A DNA stretch of 64,000 bases, taken from assembly GCA_965203605.1 (NCBI GenBank), contig OZ241902.1, positions 2,345,425 to 2,409,424 of the forward strand, given 5' to 3'. Below are positions 1-9,626 of this stretch, in pieces; position 1 is the first letter of the stretch; the number at the start of each line of letters is the position of its first letter. Made by a program: the position numbers and the translations under genes. Under the pieces are notes generated by a model that ran no database searches, had not been told where the DNA came from, and saw only the letters and a program-made list of their open reading frames with translations. The stretch comes from Paracoccaceae bacterium (GTDB taxonomy: Bacteria > Pseudomonadota > Alphaproteobacteria > Rhodobacterales > Rhodobacteraceae).

Positions 1-2426
1 CGAATCTCCCGGACGCGCTTTGACGTTGCGGCGGTGGGATTCTTCACATTCTGCGCCTCGTCAAGAACCGCGAGTTCAAACTCATGCTCAAGGAGATATC
101 CATGATCGCGGACAATGAGAGGATAGGTCGAGATCACCAAATGGCATTCGGGGATCTTCGTGAAGAGCGACCGCCGGCCAGGGCCATGTAGTATGAGGAG
201 TTCAAGATCCGGTGTGAACCGCGCTGCCTCACGTTGCCAGTTGCCGATCAGGCTGGTCGGCACGATCAGGAGACTTGGCCTATCGGAATTCCGCTCCAGA
301 TGAAGATGGGCGAGCAGAGCCAACGCCTGGAGGGTCTTGCCCAGTCCCATATCGTCGGAGAGCGCACCACCGAAACCGCTTTCCGACAGAGCCCGGAGCC
401 AGCCAAATCCGGATTTCTGATATGGCCGTAGCTCCGCTGTCACCGAGGCCGGCGGCTCGGTCTCGGGTGCGCTTGACAGTGTCCGAAGCCGTTCGCCAAG
501 CTCGATGATCTCTCTACCACCCTTCCAGACAACTCCGCTGCCTTCAAGCGCCGTTGCCAGTTCGGCCGCCCTGGTTGCTTCCGCAACATGAAATCCAAAC
601 AATCCCTGAGCTTCGAGAAACGCCTCCACAAAGGGCGCGATACGTTCACCTTCAACCACGACATGGGAACCGTTGGGGAGTGCCATGTAGTAGCTGGAAC
701 CGGAAAGTAGGCGCTGCAGGTCATCGCCATCCCGCAATGCGCCAAACTCGTTGAGCTGCAAGCTGTCGATGACCGCGAGAATGAGCGGCACAAACTCCAC
801 TTCGTGACCATCAGCCTCAAGCTTGAGTGAGAACTTGAACCAATCCGTGCCGCCCTCCTCAGACGACTCAAGCGAAGTCGAGAAGGTAACGGGGCCATCG
901 TGCAGGTGAAACGGCCAGGTTGGGTCAATGTTCACGTTCCATCCGTTCCGGCGCAGTTCCGGCACGACTTCAGCGACGAACCTGAGTCCGTCCTCGTAAT
1001 TGCCATACTTCTGACCGGAGGTGACCGGAAAGATGATATCCGCGTCGTTCAGTTTATTTGGATTCTCCACTCTGGTCGCGTAGAATCTCGACTCCTGCCC
1101 TCCATAGTCCTTCGCTCTGGCCTGCAGTTTGCCCAATAAACTCCTTTCCGCCATCCGATCACGGTGAACAACTGAAATGACGTCATTTCCAACTGAACGA
1201 AATGAATTGGAGCCTTCATACGGCCTGATCGTGTCCTTGAAGCTTCCATAGGAAAGTGTGAGCCTTGCGCAAGGATATACTGTCGGCGAATGAGCGTCCA
1301 GCTTTTGCTTCCGTCCCACCCGGTCGTAGTAGTGGCTGTCTTTCAGCGTCTTCCCGGATAGTGTGAGCGTCGGAACCGGATCGAGGTCGCGAATCTCCTC
1401 GGTCTTCCAGACCTTTGGCAAAGGAACCGAACCATCCAGCTTCCTTAGTTGCCGGGCGACGGATGGCGTTGATTCGGGCAGCATTGTCGGAGCGGAACAG
1501 AGCCAGGCAAGCGTCCCCTGTTCCAGATCCGTCTCCGCGGGCCCGATCGAGCCCGATGCTGGATCAAAATAGATTGGCAGCGGGAACCGCAGGAACGTGA
1601 TTCCCGGGTCATCCCGATCGGTGAACCTGACGCTCTGCGAGCCATCGTCGTTCTGGAACCATGTTACTGACGCCTTTCTTCGCGAAGACCAATACAGGAC
1701 AGGCCCTTTCAGGTCGCGGCCCCGAGCACGTCCGGTCTCCACGATCTCGCGCAGGAACGCGAAGAGTTCGTCTCCCGGCGGGAACCTGCTGGAATACCCA
1801 TACCCGACCTTCCATTGGTAGTGCTGCAGCCTGGCAAGAATGCCAACATCTTCCATTGTAAGGAATGCAGGCTTCGTCCCATGCCGGTTGTAGGTATATC
1901 CGTATTCGCGCATGTTGACGCCAAGTCCTCCATTCCTTTTCACATAAGCCTTGAATGGAACGACTTCGCCACTTCCGGAAGTTCCATTGCGTATGATATA
2001 GACCAGTTGATCTGAGCCGGTCCTGGGCTCGGCGACAGCTTGCGAATGGGACCCATCTGGCGTCGCGGTCCGCTTCGGTGACCGGTCCAGCCACTCCGCT
2101 ACGCCAGGCTGGGTCGCCAAATCGCTGATCAGACCAACACTTTGCAAGCCTTCCAGAGATGCGAGTACAGCCGCCACCGCATGTTCGCAGTTATATTCGA
2201 CCGGACAGCCGCAGTTACCATCCAGATGGACAAGCTGGCCATAACGTCCGAATTCCAGTGAGATGTCCAGGAAATGGGTCTCTCCGTAGCGCCCCGAGAC
2301 CTCGGCATAGATGTTCCCGCCCGAATCGACCTCGCACCGCCAGACCTTTCCCTGACGAAAGAGTTTCTCGCCCCTCAGATATATTCCATGGCCGACTATG
2401 TTCTTGATTTCCGTGAACAGGCTCAT
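1..2426 (-). CDS. SNF2-family DNA helicase with an N-terminal SWIM zinc finger. Only the N-terminal ~808 aa lie in the window; the gene runs off the start.
   Basis: Hand translation of the minus strand (codon low coordinate = 0 mod 3) gives ...AELRPYQKSGFGWLRALSESGFGGALSDDMGLGKTLQALALLAHL... (Q-motif/motif I, GKT at 333-341). A DEAQ-type motif II follows near 100-130. A SWIM CxCxnCxH (DGNCGCPVEYNCEHAV) sits near 2190-2260, and the start MSLFTEIKNIVGH is at 2426. The frame has no stops where spot-checked (1500-1560, 350-600). The gene is absent from the ORF track because its stop lies off-window. Confidence 0.75.
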   Translation of the reverse strand, partial: MSLFTEIKNIVGHGIYLRGEKLFRQGKVWRCEVDSGGNIYAEVSGRYGETHFLDISLEFGRYGQLVHLDGNCGCPVEYNCEHAVAAVLASLEGLQSVGLISDLATQPGVAEWLDRSPKRTATPDGSHSQAVAEPRTGSDQLVYIIRNGTSGSGEVVPFKAYVKRNGGLGVNMREYGYTYNRHGTKPAFLTMEDVGILARLQHYQWKVGYGYSSRFPPGDELFAFLREIVETGRARGRDLKGPVLYWSSRRKASVTWFQNDDGSQSVRFTDRDDPGITFLRFPLPIYFDPASGSIGPAETDLEQGTLAWLCSAPTMLPESTPSVARQLRKLDGSVPLPKVWKTEEIRDLDPVPTLTLSGKTLKDSHYYDRVGRKQKLDAHSPTVYPCARLTLSYGSFKDTIRPYEGSNSFRSVGNDVISVVHRDRMAERSLLGKLQARAKDYGGQESRFYATRVENPNKLNDADIIFPVTSGQKYGNYEDGLRFVAEVVPELRRNGWNVNIDPTWPFHLHDGPVTFSTSLESSEEGGTDWFKFSLKLEADGHEVEFVPLILAVIDSLQLNEFGALRDGDDLQRLLSGSSYYMALPNGSHVVVEGERIAPFVEAFLEAQGLFGFHVAEATRAAELATALEGSGVVWKGGREIIELGERLRTLSSAPETEPPASVTAELRPYQKSGFGWLRALSESGFGGALSDDMGLGKTLQALALLAHLHLERNSDRPSLLIVPTSLIGNWQREAARFTPDLELLILHGPGRRSLFTKIPECHLVISTYPLIVRDHGYLLEHEFELAVLDEAQNVKNPTAATSKRVREI

Positions 2427-3279
2427 CCCCGCATACACTCCTCTGGTCGGCGCGCCGGATCGAATCGGCATTCGTGATGCCGCATAGGTTGGATGCGCAC
2501 GAGGTTCCCATGCGCCCTTCTCACATGGGTTCTCGTTGGGTTGCCGAGGCCAGTGCCGAAGATTTCCGCCTCTTCGGCCCGCAGGGGCATCGATTAGCAC
2601 CGTGGATTGAACTTCCTCAAGGGAAAACCACCGATTCTGTCGTCATCAGCACAATAATCTGTGGAAAACTGTGAGCATCCCACCACCTATGGACTGATTC
2701 CCGTTCAGTCCACCTTTCGCCGTCATCGTCGATTCCGCCCATGCGCCACGACCGTAACACCGTTGACCCGGAGGTCAGCCGGACAACGGCGAGGCGCAGG
2801 TTCCGGGTTACAGTCAGGGAAGGGAGGACGGCTGGACGGAAGCACCAACACCAACCTGCATGAAAGACGAAGATGGGAAACACGCCAGTCGGCAGTTCAT
2901 GCAGAACTCCGCATAATGATGTGGATGACTTCCCTTATGGACGCGGCGGCAGGTGCACAAAGCGGACATCAGGACGGTCAGCAGGCGGTCCAGCGCGAGG
3001 TGCGACGGACTCCCTAAATCCGCTGCAACCGTCATTGACAGGCGGCGGAGCGGCGCGGAGCCGTCGGAACCCGCAAACGTGCGTGGAGATCATATCGGCA
3101 GTCCATAATCCCGGAGATGCTTCTGGAACCCGGGATCCGGGCGCTACCCGCTATCGCCGGGACCAAGTCTTCCCCAACTCGGTGTCGCCTCGGTGCGTGA
3201 GCGATAGGACTGGAAGCGGGGAACGCAGGCGGCGACCCTTGAACGTGGGAATATGTTGCCTTGGATCGGCTGAATCCGG

Positions 3280-3942
3280 TCATGGAGCCCAAGGCGACCG
3301 CTGCGTACGCGACCGCAACGCAGGCCGTCTGGAGGAGACGGCGTCATATGCAAGACGAATGGAGGGCAGCACCTCTCGGGCAGCTGTGGCGACCTCGCCG
3401 AAACCGACGGGCTCCTGTCCCGCGTCCGCCGGGAAACGGTCCACCGTCCGCAGACCGGTTCGGCGCAGTTCGGCAAACGCCGACCTGGCCACCTCGGTCA
3501 GGGCAGGCGTCAGGGCGGCATGGTCGAATTCAACAAGCAACACTGGAACCAGTATGGAAAGTCGGCGTCCTGCACGGGTAACGTCCCCGGCACGAACCCG
3601 AGCACCGCTGCACATGGTCGGATGATCCCGGCGTGTATCGCCGTTGATTCCCCGCATCATCTCCGTCAGACCTTCCCATTCCCGCTCCACGTCGTGGGCT
3701 TCCAGCGCATCCGCGAGTTCATTGAGGTCATTGCTGCGGGTGCTGACACCAAAACGTCGACGGACCGCCATTCTGCCGAAGCGGGCCGCTGCATCAGCCG
3801 AGTCCTCCGCGAGCGCCTGACCGAACCAGATCATCTCAATCTCGTCCGTCTTTGGACCGGCCACCACAGCGGCCGCACGGCCCAGGTCATTGACAATTCT
3901 CAGGATGTCATCCGCTTCTCTTGCCAGTTCTTCAGGTTGCAC
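3280..3942 (-). CDS. Hypothetical protein (~220 aa), unknown function, inside the methylase/helicase island.
   Basis: It is the C-terminal two-thirds of ORF 3280..4155(-). A GTG at 3942 is preceded by GAGGGG with 6-nt spacing. The Ala/Arg-rich product is VQPEELAREADDILRIVNDLGRAAAVVAGPKTDEIEMIW... The upstream part of the listed ORF looks like spurious extension. Confidence 0.3.
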   Translation of the reverse strand: MQPEELAREADDILRIVNDLGRAAAVVAGPKTDEIEMIWFGQALAEDSADAAARFGRMAVRRRFGVSTRSNDLNELADALEAHDVEREWEGLTEMMRGINGDTRRDHPTMCSGARVRAGDVTRAGRRLSILVPVLLVEFDHAALTPALTEVARSAFAELRRTGLRTVDRFPADAGQEPVGFGEVATAAREVLPSIRLAYDAVSSRRPALRSRTQRSPWAP

Positions 3943-4256
3943 AACTAACCCCTCGATTCCAGTGGCTCCATGTCTGGCAGGTGCCCGATGGCGATGCGTT
4001 CTTCCCACTGCCCTTCGGACGGCATGGCCAGAATGTTTCAACTCCACCGCGTGATGATGGAGCGAATCTGGTGGATCTACACATCCGGCTTCCCAAGTGA
4101 CCGCCGACAGATTCCAGCCGCTGTCGGGGTGGACGATGGGCCAGACCGTCCACAAAACTGGGGAACTGTCCAGACGTCCTCAGGTTGGCGCAGCACCTCC
4201 TGCACGGCGTCAGTGATTTTTGGATGTGAGTTTGAAGCTCTTTCATAATGACCAGA

Positions 4257-4424
4257 TTACGGAAATTCGATGGTGTTGCCACTGTCGCCATGGGATGCTT
4301 TCCACCGCGTGCGCGCCTCCAATGGCGTTTGCGCCAACTCGAATTCCGGTGCCAGACGATCGTAGCCTTCCCTATGGTCACCGTCCAAACTCCACCAGTC
4401 GTGTAGTTCGTCCAGCGTGCTCAT
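4257..4424 (-). CDS. Small ORF (55 aa) with a near-perfect Shine-Dalgarno.
   Basis: GGAGGtactggaATG at 4438-4422 gives MSTLDELHDWWSLDGDHREGYDRLAPEFELAQTPLEARTRWKASHGDSGNTIEFP. The ATGA overlaps the stop of a short upstream frame. No homology recognised. Confidence 0.3.
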   Translation of the reverse strand: MSTLDELHDWWSLDGDHREGYDRLAPEFELAQTPLEARTRWKASHGDSGNTIEFP

Positions 4425-4937
4425 TCCAGTACCTCCCCTGCGCCACGGAGCGCCACATCGACCTCCCTGCGCCGCGTGCGCCCCGCTTTCTTCATGATGT
4501 CCGTACCACCACCGATCTGCCCGCCGCAACAGCATGGAGCGCACGCGATGCCCTCCCGCCCGTTCCGCCGGATTTCGCACCAGGTGCCAGTCAGGTGCCT
4601 GGTATGCGGCGCACCCACTCGCTCAAGCCCGCCCGTGGAAATCAGCTGACCTATTCTCTATAATCTCGTCCTCATATCGGCGGGCAGCGCGTCTCGCTCC
4701 CGGTTTAGAGCTTCATCCAGAGTTCTGCTCTGCCGTATGACAGAAGAGTATGGCATTCGTGCTTGACGTTGGAGCCCAACTTTCACCCGGAGGTGCAAAG
4801 ACGGCCGTTTCGCAGCGAGGGTACCAGCGAAGTGGAGAAAATGGCCCGAAGGCGGATTCTCAACTTCCGGGCACCACACCGCCAAAATGCCGGGATGGAC
4901 GCGCCGGACTTCAATGTCAACGTCGCCGAAACATCCT

Positions 4938-5363
4938 TCAGGTACCGGGATCCAGCGCCGCGATTATTCGCTCTGCCTGTTCCTTCAGCACAGGAGTTTC
5001 CACCATGACTCCGGGCGGACGCAGATTGATGCCCTCATGCCTCGGTAGAATGTGGAAATGCAGATGAAACACTTCCTGCCCACCGGCGGTCTCACTGAAC
5101 TGCTGCAGCGTGATTCCATCTGCACTGAACGCCTTCATCGCTGCTCGGGACAGCTTCTGTACAGTACCCATACAGGCTGCCAGTTGATCTGGCGAAGCAT
5201 CGAGAATGTTCCTTGCTGACGTCTTTGGAATTACAAGATGGTGCCCGTCAGCCCTGGGCATTATATCCATGAACGCAAAGGTCTCATCGTCTTCATATAG
5301 CTCAATTGACGGAATCTCTCCGCGAAGGATCTTGGCGAATATGTTGTTTTGATCGTAGTCCAT
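4938..5363 (-). CDS. HIT-family (histidine triad) nucleotide hydrolase.
   Basis: 141 aa with the HxHxHxx motif (VFHLHFHILPR) and an ATG start at 5363. Confidence 0.85.
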   Translation of the reverse strand: MDYDQNNIFAKILRGEIPSIELYEDDETFAFMDIMPRADGHHLVIPKTSARNILDASPDQLAACMGTVQKLSRAAMKAFSADGITLQQFSETAGGQEVFHLHFHILPRHEGINLRPPGVMVETPVLKEQAERIIAALDPGT

Positions 5364-5987
5364 TGGATACCTTTCGAGTGCGAGATCCGATTTCGTCGCG
5401 AGTTAGCACGATCCAGACCTCCAGGGTAAGTGGCTTTGGTTCCTCTCTGTCCATCAGCTGCTTTTTTCGCATACCGTTCTTCGCGATCCATCGGAATTTT
5501 CCCGCCCGAACGGTGCACTAACCAGCGTCCGGTAGTGTCATCAACCAATCAAGAATGGACCGAATCAGGCTCGCAAACGGAGAATCCGCATGGACAGGAC
5601 GCGATGCGAACATATGCCGACCGCGTTCAGACTTCCCCGGAAGAAGGCCAAGGCCCGACTCCGGTTCGATCACTCGCCTGTCGATCATCCTTGGCGATGC
5701 AACGCCTCGTCGAGGAAGTGCGTCGGCTGTTTCAGGAATATCTGGGAGGTTCATCACTCACGCGGATCTGCACCGCTCTCTGGATATGTGCCGCTGGAAA
5801 GCAGAGGGCATGGTGAATGTCCCGGCGGCTACCCAACGCCATACGCTGAAGCAGCCAGACCCAATGGTCAGGAAACCTCCGTGGTAGCGTCATCATCGGC
5901 GGGGTCAGAGACTGGCGCGTCCAAATCGGTGGACGGTACAGTTGGCTGGCAGATGCGTCGTGAAAACGGTATGCGAAGGGTAGCTTG

Positions 5988-7106
5988 ATGGATATCCACC
6001 AACATGACTCTCAAGGTGTTCGGGAAATGGAGACAACGACTTTGGAGAGATGCCTGTCTGAGCCCCGGATTCGCGGAGTTGATGTCTTTTGCGGAGTAGG
6101 TGGGCTCACGAGGGGTCTGGAGGATGCAGGTATTGGCATGGATCTGGGTATCGACATCGATCCGGCCTGCGAGTATCCGTACAGCGAGAACAACCGCGCA
6201 AACTTCCTGAGAAAGTCTGTCAAGGATGTCACGGCCCGCGAATTGCGAGCCGCTTTCGGCAACGCTCAACTCAGATTGCTGGCGGGATGCGCACCATGCC
6301 AACCGTTCTCGACATACAGCCAGGGACGATCCAGTCAAACCGATGAACGCTGGAACCTGCTTTCAGAGTTCCAGCGCCTCGTCATGGAAGCACGTCCGCA
6401 TCTCGTGACAATGGAGAACGTTCCCCGCCTAGGCCGCGAACCGCTGTTCGCAGAATTCGTAGCCGCTCTCGAGGAAGACGGTTTCCATGTCTTTCACGAG
6501 GTGGTCAACTGCGCCGACTACGGCGTTCCGCAGCAGCGCAAGCGGCTGGTACTCCTGGCGTCCGTTCTTGGTCCAATCCGGCTCATGCGTCCGACGACCC
6601 CTGGTAGCCGTCGAATTACGGTTGGGCAGGCCATCGGCGCTCTTCCGGCCATCACGGCAGGCGAGATCCACAAATGCGACCCTCTCCATCAAGCGTGTAA
6701 GCTGTCGCCGCTGAACCTTGAACGCATCCGTGCGTCTCGCCCTGGCGGGACATGGCGTGACTGGGAACGGCGTCTTCAGGCCACCTGCCATCGGAAGAAG
6801 GCAGGTAAGTCGTACCCAAGTGTCTACGGCCGGATGGTTTGGACCGAACCGTCCCCCACTGTTACGACACAGTTCTATGGCTTCGGGAACGGGCGATTTG
6901 GACACCCTGAACAGGACCGCGCGATTTCATTGCGCGAGGGAGCGATTCTGCAGAGCTTTCCGGAGAACTACCGGTTCGTTCCCAAGGGCGCTCCCATCAT
7001 CAGGAAAACGGTCGGGCGTCTCATCGGAAACGCCGTGCCCGTCAGGCTGGGGACTGAAATAGGCAACAGCATGGTTCAGCACGTTGCGGAGACCGTCAAT
7101 GACTGA
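5988..7106 (+). CDS. DNA (cytosine-5)-methyltransferase, Dcm-like.
   Basis: C5-MTase motifs: I DVFCGVGGL, IV GCAPCQPFS, VI ENVPRL, VIII QQRKRLVL, X GNAVPV. The ORF track starts at TTG 5985; the ATG is at 5988. Confidence 0.9.
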   Translation: MDIHQHDSQGVREMETTTLERCLSEPRIRGVDVFCGVGGLTRGLEDAGIGMDLGIDIDPACEYPYSENNRANFLRKSVKDVTARELRAAFGNAQLRLLAGCAPCQPFSTYSQGRSSQTDERWNLLSEFQRLVMEARPHLVTMENVPRLGREPLFAEFVAALEEDGFHVFHEVVNCADYGVPQQRKRLVLLASVLGPIRLMRPTTPGSRRITVGQAIGALPAITAGEIHKCDPLHQACKLSPLNLERIRASRPGGTWRDWERRLQATCHRKKAGKSYPSVYGRMVWTEPSPTVTTQFYGFGNGRFGHPEQDRAISLREGAILQSFPENYRFVPKGAPIIRKTVGRLIGNAVPVRLGTEIGNSMVQHVAETVND

Positions 7107-9102
7107 ATTGTCACGAGCTGTGGCGCCGAACAGTCCGGACGGGACCAACTCTGGCACTCCGTTCAGGATGACCGTCGACCTGAACGTGCTCAACCATCTG
7201 GGAATCAAGCTCTACAGTTCGATTCCCGCCGTTCTCTCGGAGGCGGTGGCGAACGCCTGGGATGCCGATGCGGAATTGGTTGAGATCGAAATCGCAGGCA
7301 ACCGCATTGTCATCACCGATGACGGCCACGGAATGACCACCTCTGACATCAACTCGAAATTCCTAAAGGTCGGTTATCAGCGCCGCAGGGAGGGGCTGGC
7401 GACAACACTTCGAGGCCGCGCAGTTCTCGGAAGAAAGGGCATCGGCAAGCTATCCCTCTTTTCCATCGCCAATACGATTGAAGTGCACAGTTGCAAAGAC
7501 GGCCAACGATCCGGACTGCTACTAAGCCTACCGGGAATTCAGGAGAGCATAGATCGTCAGTCAGGGGAGTACTTTCCCGACGAGGTGCCATCGGAACGGA
7601 TTGATATCAAGGAAGGGACCCGACTCGAGATTCGCGACCTGCGGAAACGCACCACCCTGACCCCGCCTACTCTTCGGCGGCGCTTAGCAAGGCGTTTTTC
7701 TTCAATTGGGAACGACATGGACGGGATGCGCTTCGACGTCAAGATCAATGGCGAAGCGGTAACAGCCGAGGATCGGGAATTCTACCGCAAGGTAGAGTAC
7801 CTCTGGACCTTTGGCGAGCGCGGCAAGGAGGTCGCGTCGCTGGCGAAAGCAAATAAGGGGTGCTTCGCACGAAAGACCGAAGGCAACTTTTCCGGATGGA
7901 TAGGCACTGTCGCGTCCGCCGGAGATCTTGTGAGCGAGGATGGCGACAATCTAAATGACATCCAGATCATGGTGCGCGGCAAGGTGGCTCAGGAACGAAC
8001 TCTGGAAAAGTTCGGTGAAGACGGACTCTACGCCCGCTACGTCGTTGGTGAGATTCATGCGGACTGGCTTGACGACGACAACATGGAGGATATCGCAACC
8101 ACCAGCCGCCAGTCCCTCATCGAAGACGATCCTCGTGTCGAGAAACTCTGGAGAGGCATCCGCCAAGAGTTAAAGCATATACAGAACCAATGGACTGATC
8201 TGAGGACAAGGAAGGGAGTACAGGCAGCTCTCAGGGTACCGGAGGTCAAGGACTGGTTCGAAACCCTGGGAAGCGACCAGAAGTCGAAAGCCCGACAACT
8301 GTTCGGGAAAATCAACAGCCTGAAGCTTGACTTCTCGGACAAGAAGCCGCTGTTCAAGTACGGCGTACTGGCGTTCGAAAGGCTCAAGCTCCGCGATAGT
8401 CTCAGCAACCTCGACCAGCTGCAGGACGGAGATGTCGCAGGCTATCTGAAGGCATATGCCTACCATGACGACCTCGAAGCACAGCTCTACTATGAGATTT
8501 CGAAAGGTCGACTCGAGGTCATCGAGAGCTTTCAGGATCTCGTTGACCACAACAGCCTGGAGAGAGTCCTGCAGCAGTTCCTCTTCGAGCACCTGTGGCT
8601 ACTTGATCCATCCTGGGATCGCGCCACATCAGAGCCAGTGATGGAAAGAGAAGTGCGAAATGCTGTATTGGACAACGACGAGTTTGATGGAGAGTACCTG
8701 GAGGAGGTCGGGCGCATCGACATCCAATACCGGAAATCCGGTGGCAAGCACGTCATAATCGAGCTGAAGCGCGCAGGAGTCACAACGGACACATTCAAAC
8801 TTCTCAATCAGGTTCAGAAGTACCAACGTAAGCTGAAGCAAATATTGGTCCATAACGGACGATCAAACGAGGACTATGAGATCATCTGCATTGTCGGAAA
8901 GGACTTGGCGGATTGGGGGGAGCCGTCCGGTCGTGAGCAATCCAAGAAAATCCTCGACGCGGTAGGCGCACGAGTCGTTACATATGACGAAATGACGAGC
9001 AACGCTCGCCGTGCCTATAGAGAATATCTTGATGCGACGACCAGTGCCGGAAAGATACATAGGGTGATCAAGGCAATTGAAGCTGGTTTGGTGGAAGTAT
9101 GA
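7099..9102 (+). CDS. GHKL-superfamily ATPase (HATPase_c_3 / MORC-MutL-like) with a C-terminal PD-(D/E)xK-like module. Probable restriction/defence partner of the adjacent methylase.
   Basis: N-terminal Bergerat-fold boxes: N-box EAVANAWDADA, G1 DDGHGM, G2 GRKGIGKLSLFS. The C-terminal ...LWLLDPSWDRA...GRIDIQYRKSGGKHVIIELKRAG resembles a D...ExK nuclease core. ATG 7099 overlaps the dcm stop (ATGACTGA). Local GC is visibly lower than the flanks. Confidence 0.8.
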   Translation: MTELSRAVAPNSPDGTNSGTPFRMTVDLNVLNHLGIKLYSSIPAVLSEAVANAWDADAELVEIEIAGNRIVITDDGHGMTTSDINSKFLKVGYQRRREGLATTLRGRAVLGRKGIGKLSLFSIANTIEVHSCKDGQRSGLLLSLPGIQESIDRQSGEYFPDEVPSERIDIKEGTRLEIRDLRKRTTLTPPTLRRRLARRFSSIGNDMDGMRFDVKINGEAVTAEDREFYRKVEYLWTFGERGKEVASLAKANKGCFARKTEGNFSGWIGTVASAGDLVSEDGDNLNDIQIMVRGKVAQERTLEKFGEDGLYARYVVGEIHADWLDDDNMEDIATTSRQSLIEDDPRVEKLWRGIRQELKHIQNQWTDLRTRKGVQAALRVPEVKDWFETLGSDQKSKARQLFGKINSLKLDFSDKKPLFKYGVLAFERLKLRDSLSNLDQLQDGDVAGYLKAYAYHDDLEAQLYYEISKGRLEVIESFQDLVDHNSLERVLQQFLFEHLWLLDPSWDRATSEPVMEREVRNAVLDNDEFDGEYLEEVGRIDIQYRKSGGKHVIIELKRAGVTTDTFKLLNQVQKYQRKLKQILVHNGRSNEDYEIICIVGKDLADWGEPSGREQSKKILDAVGARVVTYDEMTSNARRAYREYLDATTSAGKIHRVIKAIEAGLVEV

Positions 9103-9626
9103 AGAGGTTACGTCATGCATTCTCGGATCCGCGTCATCACAATACAAATGGCCAAACAGAGCGGCCACAGCGGTATGATTGCCTCATATCGCGGAGTGCT
9201 GCCAGAGACCGCCCCTGCGACCGGAACCTGTCGCGACCCTAGCGGCATCTTGACCTGCGGCTCTCGACTGTTTCGGCGATTGCGAAGGAATGACTCAAGA
9301 GCGACTGAACGTCCTGGGCCAGAGACGTGTCTTCTAGGCTGGGCCAGTCACATCGCAGCACTACGGGCATAACATTTCTGCAATAATGGCCTCTCTGGAT
9401 GCGGCTCCAACCTGTAGCGTGCGATCACCTCGTCGGCATCCATCTGCAAATGCACCTCGTTACTGATGCCCGTCCAGCTGCGCCATCCGGTTGACATCGT
9501 CCATGGCTACCGCGACGGATGCCTGCAATCGGTGAAATCGACATGTCCGAGGTCACCTGACGGTTACGGCAGCGAATGGTCTTCAACGTAAGGGTCACAG
9601 CGGAATGGACCGTCGGCGCAAACGGC

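Noticed and set aside
5868-6338. 156-aa minus ORF overlapping the methyltransferase start.
   Set aside because: Antisense to a gene with complete C5-MTase motifs.
9115-9600. Small ORFs after the GHKL gene (9115..9372 +, 9425..9892 -).
   Set aside because: No RBS, no similarity, and they overlap the MttB 3' end. Treated as the boundary spacer of the island.
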